From positions 1 to 33,305 of IMG/VR virus record IMGVR_UViG_3300020201_000071: DNA of 33,305 bases, one strand, 5' to 3'. The translations under genes and the position numbers were made by a program. The notes below the pieces were generated by a model. That model saw nothing but the letters and a program-made list of their open reading frames with translations. It was not told where the DNA came from and searched no databases. The stretch is from a virus. Below are positions 22,888 through 30,332 of this stretch, in pieces; position 1 is the first letter of the stretch; each line of letters starts with the position of its first letter.

Positions 22888-23603
22888 TAAGTTTATTTAA
22901 TTCCGCAAGGAGCGATATTAAATACTTAACGTGCGTAAGAAAAGCAATATTGATATATTCTTTACTTCCCATCACAATAACTCCAATAACATCTCCGATT
23001 ATCGTCGTATACAGGGGAACCAGAATTGCCTCTATAAATTGGCAAAGAACACATTATCTTTCCATTTAACTCTTTGTCACTTGATCTTATCGAGGGAACA
23101 CTTACAAAGCCTTCCGTTTCAATTGGAAAAATTCCATGTGGTGCACCAACAGTAAAAACTTTATCTCTAATTTTTGGTTTATAGTCAGTTACTAATTTTA
23201 CTGGAATAAGACGATGATTGGGTTTTTCAATAATACATAAATCATTTTTTACATCTATCGTAATAATTTTAAAATTCATACTTTCACTTAACTCTTCGTC
23301 TTTATCTACGTAGGTAATTTTTGATTTCAATGTTCTAGATTTAAGAGCATATTCAAAGACACCCATACAAAAATGTCCAGCAGTTGCTAAATATTTTTTG
23401 TCTATTGCAAACGCAGTAGCGCTTATGCTAGGCTTACTTATTGTTTTTGATTTCAAATCATGAATCTCAAATTCTACTTCTACCATTGCTACAGAATTAT
23501 ATGCTACTCGCTTATATAATTCTGGAGTCAATTGCTTTGATACACAACAAACTTGAACCGATAACGTTAACACTGCTACGAAAATTAAAAAAAACTTACT
23601 CAT
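22877..23603 (-). CDS. trypsin-like serine protease with N-terminal signal/lipobox-like segment, one CGG +1 shift
   Basis: MSKFFLIFVAVLTLSVQVCC; AGHF, DLCII and GNSGSP motifs; through CGG at 22995..22997: GNSGSPVYDDN|GDVIGVIVMGSKEYINIAFLTHVKYLISLLAELNKLNVK*. 727 nt = 3n+1; restored end overlaps the next start. Confidence 0.85.
22995..22997 (-). other. CGG +1 recoding site 14: AAT [C] GGA; GNSGSPVYDDN|GDVIGVIVMGS
   Basis: Phase matches 23603; restores canonical trypsin-like protease strand after GNSGSP. Confidence 0.95.
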
Positions 23604-23614
23604 ATTAACTCCTT

Positions 23615-24071
23615 TTATTTATCCTCAAAAACATCAAAGTTTGATTTTCTGGTACTTTGACATATTGCTTTAAGCATAACTTCCTGCTCAATCATACCAT
23701 AAACAATTTGAGGAGAGGTAAGTTTTTGTATTTCGTATACGATTTTATTCCATTTTATAAAATCGCCTTGTCTTGGAGTTAAATTGCGTTGATACAATTC
23801 ATCTAAATGAAAATAGCATTCTATTTTATAAACCATGTCAACTGAGAATCCACCTGTTGTCTGTTCTGGTTCGTTATAAAAAACCCTCGCATTTACTTCT
23901 ATTGGTTGATAAACTACTTTTCTTAAGCTTTCATTGTACAAATCGTTAGTTTTTGTGTGTTCTGCCGATACAGAATAGTAAATTACTTTCTGATCTACGA
24001 TTTTTTGTATCAATTCTTTATTTAAAGAATTGAAAAAATGAAGTTCTTTTGGTCCGAATAAATAGTGGCAT
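23615..24071 (-). CDS. neck protein (T4 gp14-like), one CGG +1 shift near the N-terminus
   Basis: ATG at 24071: MPLFI|GPKELHFFNSLNKELIQKIVDQKVIYYSVSAEHTKTND...; ORF track lists only 23615..24013. GDFIKWNKIVYEI is typical of gp14-like neck proteins. Confidence 0.75.
24054..24056 (-). other. CGG +1 recoding site 15: ATT [C] GGA; MPLFI|GPKELHFFNSLNKELIQK
   Basis: CGG is codon 6; phase matches 24071 upstream and 24013 downstream. Confidence 0.88.
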
Positions 24072-24131
24072 TATTAATAACTATCAATTTTGACAAAGAA
24101 AAGGGCGCTTTGTTTTGATTGTATACGGTAT

Positions 24132-24681
24132 TTACTTAAGTAAAAACATATAAGGCTCTGTTAAGCCGCCAAATCCAGATACCTTCAACAATAAATTCGC
24201 CTTCTGGTTTAATGTTTTGAAATTTAGGTTGTTCACCTTCGTTTACATATTCAATTGTTACGTGTGGTTTAAAATCTGGGTATTTTTTTGAATACGGTAT
24301 TTGATTTAGATCAAAAGCTTGTTTGAGTGCATCGTGAAGCTTTACTAATTTTGAAGAAGCTATCGGCGAATGATAGATTGTTTGATTTTTATCGTTGATC
24401 CATTTTCTAGGTTTTTTAATTTTTACTTTAAATTTTCTGAAATTCTCGCAAACTTGCTTTACGACTTCCAATATTTTTTCTTCAAATTGTGTTGGAATAT
24501 CGCCAATATAAAGAAGCGTTAAGTGCGGAGGAGAACTATCCTGGCCTTCTTTACCTTCAGTAGGATATTGTTCCGCTATTTCAGATGGTAAAGTTATGAA
24601 CAGCCCTACGCTTTCGCCAGGTACCTTATCTCTTTGATGTTCGTGCCACTTTAGCGTTTTATAAAGATTAGAAAGTTCCAT
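24132..24681 (-). CDS. 2'-5' RNA ligase / 2H phosphoesterase-like protein, one CGG +1 shift at the C-terminus
   Basis: HxT motifs HLTLLYIG and HVTIEYV; ...EFIVEGIWIW|GLTEPYMFLLK*; 550 nt = 3n+1. Confidence 0.8.
24166..24168 (-). other. CGG +1 recoding site 16: TGG [C] GGC; VEGIWIW|GLTEPYMFLLK*
   Basis: Phase matches 24681; both frames end within a few nt, so this is the weakest individual case. Confidence 0.72.
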
Positions 24682-24684
24682 TTT

Positions 24685-24963
24685 TTAAGCCCTTATTGCA
24701 TATTTTTCCCAATCAGAAGGAAGATGTGGAAGTGAAGACTCTTCGTTTGATTTAGGTTGGCGCTGGCCGTTTTTATCAAACACTATATTTCCCGATACGG
24801 AATTAGCAAATACACCTAAACCTAAATGAAAAGCTTTCATTAATTTTGTCTTTTCTTCTTGGGGAATTGGATATAATTCAATACGCAAGTCAATAAACTC
24901 ACTATGCTCCAAATGTGGCATTTCACAAAGAGCTTCTAAAAATACTTCCTTTAGCTTAATCAT
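24685..24963 (-). CDS. small protein with capsid-targeting-like N-terminus
   Basis: MIKLKEVFLEALCEMP start resembles T4 capsid targeting sequence (MKTYQEFIAEA). Confidence 0.55.
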   Translation of the reverse strand: MIKLKEVFLEALCEMPHLEHSEFIDLRIELYPIPQEEKTKLMKAFHLGLGVFANSVSGNIVFDKNGQRQPKSNEESSLPHLPSDWEKYAIRA

Positions 24964-25667
24964 TTTTTTGACCCCACGGAAGATTACGATAAGCTAAACT
25001 TGCATTTGTATTGCGGTCGGCAGTTACCTTATCTCCCTTTGGAATGCCTGTTGGATTATTTGCTGTTGCATTTTTCTTTTGTCTTTTATAAGCATATGGA
25101 CCGTACAGCCAAGCTTGACTTATACCTTCAATTGAATTGTCCCCTGTTATCCTAATCACTTCATCAATATAGAAATCTGCTAAATCTTCATTTATTTTTG
25201 GATGAGTATTAACAAATTTTTCAAGTTCTTTTTGTTTATAGTCTCCAAATGGAATGTTTAAAATAGCTGAATACTTTGCTTTTAAATTTTTATCCTTAGA
25301 CACCAAATCTTTAATTGTAGACGGCATAAAACCATAAGGTCCGATGGCGCGCTCACCTTCATTAGTGCCTGTCTTCATCCAGGCATGAATATTATTTATA
25401 CCGACCACTTGATTCAACTGCCCTTAAGGCAGTTTTAACTTTTGTTTTCACAGTTTGAATATCTAGTTCTTGTTCATCTTGCGTGAAATCAAATCCTTGA
25501 TGCGCAGGGCTTTGCGCAGGGCTTTGCATAGGAGGTGTTTGAGTAGGATTGCTGGCCATGATGCCACCCGCAAGTGTAGCGCCAACAGCAGCCTTCTTGA
25601 GCCATCCTGCTTCTTCTAGTTTTTGCTCTTTTAAAGCTTCTTCTAAAACTTTCTTTAAAGATATCAT
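24956..25667 (-). CDS. putative virion lytic transglycosylase-like protein with capsid-targeting-like N-terminus, one CGG +1 shift
   Basis: ORFs 25392..25667 and 24956..25417 join through CGG at 25401..25403: MISLKKVLEEALKE...KVKTALRAVESSG|GINNIHAWMKTGTNEGERAIGPYGFMPSTI; ES and GPYGFMPST motifs. 712 nt = 3n+1. Confidence 0.7.
25401..25403 (-). other. CGG +1 recoding site 17: GGT [C] GGT; LRAVESSG|GINNIHAWMKTG
   Basis: 0-frame CGG TAT AAA TAA; phase matches 25667. Confidence 0.92.
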
Positions 25668-25670
25668 ATT

Positions 25671-26837
25671 TTAACCAACAAATATGCCATTAGGAACTTT
25701 TGATAATATTCTCTGTAGCGCATCGGCTTCCTCTGTTTGCGTTTGTAATAACTTAACATAAGTTAAATCATCTAACCAAAGCTTTAATTCTTGACGTAAA
25801 TTTTCTTGTTCTGAAATCGCTTCTTGGACTAAAGCTGGGCCGTCCAAGACCATATTACCGTTTGGAATTGGAATTTCAGCTACCTTTCTTCTTGCATACC
25901 CTAAAGTTTCTTTTGCGAAACATAGTGCCATTTTCTTAACCCATTGTTTTCCAATAGAGTTAATTTTACTATATTCAAGATTTCCATAAGGAATATTAGA
26001 TAAATTAGAAACACCATTAATAAACGGATCATTAGGATCTAGTGCACTTTGCGCACCACTTCCACCCACTAGGAAATAGGTAAAAAATATTTTTGCTGTT
26101 TTAGTAGGAACAGGATAAATTGAAACAACGTTATTTATAATAGAGTAAGAATAATTTGAACGTCTTACGTTTTGATTTAATTCCATTTGTTGGCCTCTCA
26201 ATACATCTTCCCAAATTGGCAACATGTAAAAGATTGTTTCCGGAGTAAATGATTCAAAACCAATTTCATTATTTAAGTAATTAATTGCAGATGTTGTATC
26301 AAAAAATCTATATGCAGCGGTCGGAGAGAAATGGAATATTTTTCTTATTTCCGCTCTTGTTCCGGGCTGGACCGCCCCAGATGCGCTTAACATATAATTT
26401 AGATCGTAGTGTTGTTGTCCAACAACCGCATCAATTGAGCCTGAATAGAGTCGTTTGCTGCCCCCAACTAACGCTTCAGAAGAATATCCTTCAGATTTTC
26501 TTTTAGCTAAAGCTAAATCAAAGCGAGGAATTTGATTTTGTGAGCCAGATAACGATCCAGTAGGATAACCTAATAGATGCGCTAAAGTGCTTTTTGTTTG
26601 ATATGCGTTCGTAATTGCGCTAAATTCAAACATTGCTTGTTCTAAACAAGTATAAACTTCTCTATTTGTTAACTCAATTTGTATTTGGTCGCCGCCTAGT
26701 CTTCTATGAACTAAACGAATCATCCCGTCAGCGTCAGTTATGAATTGAGCATCTGCATCATAAGTTCCGAATCCAGTTCTAGGATCCTCATGAGCGGCAA
26801 ATGTCGCAGTTAAATTAAGAGTAATATCTTGACTCAT
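25671..26837 (-). CDS. neck / head completion protein (T4 gp13-like)
   Basis: Intact 388 aa ORF; YSYSIINNVVSIYPVP and ALCFAKETLGYARRKVAEIPIPNGNMVLDG segments; genomic position. Confidence 0.6.
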   Translation of the reverse strand: MSQDITLNLTATFAAHEDPRTGFGTYDADAQFITDADGMIRLVHRRLGGDQIQIELTNREVYTCLEQAMFEFSAITNAYQTKSTLAHLLGYPTGSLSGSQNQIPRFDLALAKRKSEGYSSEALVGGSKRLYSGSIDAVVGQQHYDLNYMLSASGAVQPGTRAEIRKIFHFSPTAAYRFFDTTSAINYLNNEIGFESFTPETIFYMLPIWEDVLRGQQMELNQNVRRSNYSYSIINNVVSIYPVPTKTAKIFFTYFLVGGSGAQSALDPNDPFINGVSNLSNIPYGNLEYSKINSIGKQWVKKMALCFAKETLGYARRKVAEIPIPNGNMVLDGPALVQEAISEQENLRQELKLWLDDLTYVKLLQTQTEEADALQRILSKVPNGIFVG

Positions 26838-26845
26838 TTATTTAA

Positions 26846-28345
26846 TTATCCTTCTTCTTCGTCGTTATCTTCTGGATGTTTTTGAGCTTGATTTAATTCA
26901 GGAAAATTCTTTTCAGAACCAGGAGGAGTTCCTGTTGGCAATAAACCATTTCCACCTGGAATAAATTTATAGGTTTTTATTTCTCCATTTTCTATTTTCT
27001 GTAAAGTATATCTTCCTTTTTCTGCCGTAACGACTTTAAAATCTTTGCGACCACGCCAATCAACAGTTTGTCCAACTTTCCATTTTGGATCTTGGCCGGC
27101 TGCTAAAAATGGTTGTGGTTTTTTCCCAACCTTATCTAAAGTTTGGCTCATATTAGTATTTGTTTGTTGTCCTAGGCGTCTTAAAGTAGGCATATCAGCA
27201 TCAGCTTCATCTGCTTTATCCCAATTATTATCAGCTCCAGTAGTTTTTGGAGCAGTTGCGTAAGCTACTGAAGGCTCTGGATTATTAAAAATAGCGCCTG
27301 CTTTCTTTTTTACTAAATTACCAGCCTTACCTACTGCACTCATTGCTTTTGAAAAAGCAGATTGGCCACCTTTTTGTGTTGATGTTGGCATAGCTCCATA
27401 ACCAGCTACAGGCGCAGTTCTGTAATCATGGTCATAGGATTGTGGAGGTGTCGAAGTTCCTTTCTTTTTAGTTAACCCTGCTGCGGCAGCAGCTTTTGAT
27501 AGAGAAGGAGGTCTACTTTGAAAAGGTCTACTTTGAAAAGGTTCGCTTTCACTTTTATCAAAAATAGGAAAATCATCTGTTGGACGAACAAAGTCTTTAG
27601 GATCTTCATCATTTCTATTTTGTACGCCTTTCTTTGGCAATGGAGGAGGACCGCTACTTCCAGCTAAAGAAGCTAGACTTGGCACTGGATTGTCTGGTTC
27701 AGCTTTTATCTTCTTTGGCAATGGAGGCGGAAGATCTGGAAACTCATCTGACACATCAATTGGTTCTTCTGGTTTTGCTGATGGTTTGCCCATATCAATA
27801 TCTGCATCAGAACCAAAATGATGTCCGGACTTTTTTGCGATGTTATCCATTTCATTATCGCTCGTGCCAATTTTGCCTATCATACTATCAAAATCGTCAT
27901 CTGACATATCGCCATAATTTGGTTCTTCTTTGCCAGTTGAAGCATTTTTAGCTAAATCTGCAAACTTTGGCATTCCAGAGTCTTTTGGTTTACTTGTAGA
28001 AGCTTTCTTCTTTGTTTTTGAAGATTGAGCTTTCTTTTCGGGAGCTTTCTTTTCGGGAGCTTTATCTTTACCTTTATTTTGCATATAAGCATCAAAGTCT
28101 TTATCGGACATGCTATCGAAATCTAATTTACCTTGGGGTTTCTTAGTTGCTTTTTTCTTTGGAGTTGAAGGTACGGCAGCTTTTTTCTCAGGAGAAATAG
28201 CCTTATCTTTACCTTTATTTTGCATATAAGCATCAAAGTCTTTATCGGACATGCTATCGAAATCTAATTTACCTTGGGGTTTCTTAGTTGCTTTTTTCTT
28301 TGGAGTTGGTTTTGCTTCTAAGAAAAGATCTCTTAATTTCATCAT
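26846..28345 (-). CDS. low-complexity internal head / capsid-associated protein with capsid-targeting-like N-terminus
   Basis: MMKLRDLFLEAKP start, Lys/Pro-rich, internal 106-nt direct repeat; conserved-looking C-terminus WKVGQTVDWRGRKDFKVVTAEKGRYTLQKIENGEIKTYKF. Confidence 0.6.
   Translation of the reverse strand: MMKLRDLFLEAKPTPKKKATKKPQGKLDFDSMSDKDFDAYMQNKGKDKAISPEKKAAVPSTPKKKATKKPQGKLDFDSMSDKDFDAYMQNKGKDKAPEKKAPEKKAQSSKTKKKASTSKPKDSGMPKFADLAKNASTGKEEPNYGDMSDDDFDSMIGKIGTSDNEMDNIAKKSGHHFGSDADIDMGKPSAKPEEPIDVSDEFPDLPPPLPKKIKAEPDNPVPSLASLAGSSGPPPLPKKGVQNRNDEDPKDFVRPTDDFPIFDKSESEPFQSRPFQSRPPSLSKAAAAAGLTKKKGTSTPPQSYDHDYRTAPVAGYGAMPTSTQKGGQSAFSKAMSAVGKAGNLVKKKAGAIFNNPEPSVAYATAPKTTGADNNWDKADEADADMPTLRRLGQQTNTNMSQTLDKVGKKPQPFLAAGQDPKWKVGQTVDWRGRKDFKVVTAEKGRYTLQKIENGEIKTYKFIPGGNGLLPTGTPPGSEKNFPELNQAQKHPEDNDEEEG
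28062..28167. repeat. 106-nt direct repeat, copy A
   Basis: Identical by eye to 28203..28308, spacing 141 nt; encodes PKKKATKKPQGKLDFDSMSDKDFDAYMQNKGKDK. Confidence 0.85.
28203..28308. repeat. 106-nt direct repeat, copy B
   Basis: See copy A. Confidence 0.85.
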
Positions 28346-28459
28346 TTTTTTTATCCTTTAATTTACGTGATTGTTCTTATTTCAGTAATAATTATGCCAA
28401 CAGACAGGAATTAAGAGAATAAAGATTTCTTAAAGGGGAATTAACTGCATACCAAAAAG

Positions 28460-28485
28460 AAAAGGCAGCTTTTACGCTGCCTTTT
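28460..28485 (-). terminator. hairpin terminator
   Basis: AAAAGGCAGC-TTTTAC-GCTGCCTTTT, 10-bp stem between endonuclease end and next gene. Confidence 0.8.
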
Positions 28486-28546
28486 CCCGGTCATCTCTAA
28501 GGTAGTTAGAGAACTTAAAAATATATGTCTTAATATAAATAGAAGA

Positions 28547-30217
28547 TTATAAGGTTAACTCCCAAACAAACTTACCTGCATCATATATTTTATATAAGTC
28601 AAGTTCAGCAACAATTTCTGATTCAGATTTACCATTTTTTGCACGATAAGAATATTTATTAAATCTATTAGTAAAATTAGTATAATAATAATTTGGCATT
28701 GTTTTTTTAGTTAACTCAAACCCATTCTTTTTATATACATCGCCAACTGAATATCTTGCGTCAGAATAAGTAATTATTTTATTATATCCTTCTTCTTTCC
28801 CCCATAATTTGATATATTTTAGTAATCTTGAAAAGCCGCCAATAACATTAGTGTTTATGAGTGTACCGAATCTAGTAATTTCTAAAGCATTTTTGTTATT
28901 TTCATTTGCTTTTGCAAATATTTTTTTGGCAACAATACAGCAAACTATTTTTTGACTATCATCAACAAGGGCAAAACACTTTTCTCTCTTAACGTTTGTC
29001 GCAGTATATGCGCCCATTAAATGATTCTCATGTAAGAAATTATTATAATCATGTTTTTTGATAGAAGTAATGTTTAATTTTCTTGCATATAATTTATTTT
29101 CTGTTAGTCCGAGTTTATTTTTTATCATAGACTTACATATTTCTTTCTTATCTCTCCATTCATCGCCGTATATCTGAAAAAGATATATTCCTTTTTCTTT
29201 ACATTTCTTAAACTTTCTAGAATGAGACTTATAATGCTTATAAAGTTCACAATGCCAATATAATCCATGATGTTCTATAGCAAACTTTTTTTCCGGAAGA
29301 AACAGGTCTAGTTCTTTTCCAATAATTTCTCTAGTATTTAAAGATATTTCTCCATCATAGATTTCATTAATGAAAGAGAATATTTCTTTTTCTTGCTTAG
29401 AAGTATTATAATTTCTGCATTTTGGACATTGATTAAAAGCAGTTCTTAAATATACAAGTTTTGACTTAAATTCAAAGTCATGTTTTGTACACCTCAAGGA
29501 AAGAAGCGAAGTCTGACTTACGTAATCTTCTTCTTTAGATAAAAGTTCATAATTTTTATTTTTACAAACTATTATAATATCTGCCATCTTCGAAATATCA
29601 GAAAAGAAATTTTCTCCATGTCTTTCTATAAGAGTTCTCTGAGTTATTTCACATATTGTTTTAACTTTTTGAGCGTTATCTACTCCGTATGCCTTCAAAC
29701 ATGTTATTTTTCCTTTTTCAACTGTAGATAAGGCTTTTGCTTTTAATTTTTCAATAATTTCTTCTTTTCTACCAGAAGCCTCAAGATTAGATAATGTCCC
29801 GTACGTTTCTATCATTGTAGCGTTTTTTCTTATAAGAATATCTTTGGATTGTAAGGCATATTCTACACCATATCTTTCAATCATAGTTTGATGCATTTTA
29901 CTTTGTTTTTCTAAGGATTTAGCGGCATTATCTACGCCAAATTTTTCAATACAGGTTGTTTTACGTTTATTGTTAATATTCTCAATGTCTTTTGCTGTAG
30001 TCTGATTATATACGTCGCTACTTTTTTTATTTTTGCACTCATCTTTTTTACAAGCATCTAAACTTATTTTTTTATTACCACGATTTATCTCTTTCATGGT
30101 TCTTTCAAAAATTTGTTGACAATAGTCACATTGTAAAATACAAAGTTTTGTACTTGTTTGAGCCAATAAAGATGGAAAATGCCTATATTTTTCAATTGTT
30201 TCTTGTTCTAATATCAT
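28547..30217 (-). CDS. homing endonuclease with Vsr-like (EDxHD-type) C-terminal nuclease domain and repeated N-terminal modules
   Basis: LDLFLPEKKFAIEHHGLYWHCELYKHYKSHSRKFKKCKEKGIYLFQIYGDEWRDKKEICKSMIKNKLG; repeated K.CIEKFGVDNAAKS / QTMIERYGVEYALQS modules; no in-phase CGG seen. Confidence 0.8.
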   Translation of the reverse strand: MILEQETIEKYRHFPSLLAQTSTKLCILQCDYCQQIFERTMKEINRGNKKISLDACKKDECKNKKSSDVYNQTTAKDIENINNKRKTTCIEKFGVDNAAKSLEKQSKMHQTMIERYGVEYALQSKDILIRKNATMIETYGTLSNLEASGRKEEIIEKLKAKALSTVEKGKITCLKAYGVDNAQKVKTICEITQRTLIERHGENFFSDISKMADIIIVCKNKNYELLSKEEDYVSQTSLLSLRCTKHDFEFKSKLVYLRTAFNQCPKCRNYNTSKQEKEIFSFINEIYDGEISLNTREIIGKELDLFLPEKKFAIEHHGLYWHCELYKHYKSHSRKFKKCKEKGIYLFQIYGDEWRDKKEICKSMIKNKLGLTENKLYARKLNITSIKKHDYNNFLHENHLMGAYTATNVKREKCFALVDDSQKIVCCIVAKKIFAKANENNKNALEITRFGTLINTNVIGGFSRLLKYIKLWGKEEGYNKIITYSDARYSVGDVYKKNGFELTKKTMPNYYYTNFTNRFNKYSYRAKNGKSESEIVAELDLYKIYDAGKFVWELTL

Positions 30218-30275
30218 GTTGTAATTATTACATACTATGCTATAAAAGCAAAGAAAATAATGATTTAGACAAAAA

Positions 30276-30301
30276 AAAAAGGCTCCTTTCAGAGCCTTTT
30301 T
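30276..30301 (-). terminator. hairpin terminator downstream of major capsid gene
   Basis: AAAAAGGCTC-CTTTCA-GAGCCTTTTT. Confidence 0.8.
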
Positions 30302-30332
30302 AAAAAGTCCACTTTACGCTAAGTGGTTGATT

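Noticed and set aside
252-25667. Multiple frameshifts explained as long-read indel errors
   Set aside because: Random insertions would vary in base, sign and codon phase. Here all 17 are +1, all lie at an in-phase CGG before a GGN codon, and many out-of-phase CGG strings cause no break. Not formally excluded; raw read inspection is needed.
252-25667. Decaying prophage or pseudogenes
   Set aside because: Coding quality is intact on both sides of every break, there are no in-frame nonsense mutations or deletions of other kinds, and nearly all structural genes are affected by the same single codon.
252-25667. Split genes from inteins, introns or HEG insertion
   Set aside because: The discontinuity is a single nucleotide at each site; no intervening sequence is present.
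26846-26900. Intein or additional CGG site in the internal head protein gene
   Set aside because: CGG strings in this gene were all out of phase and the ORF is uninterrupted.
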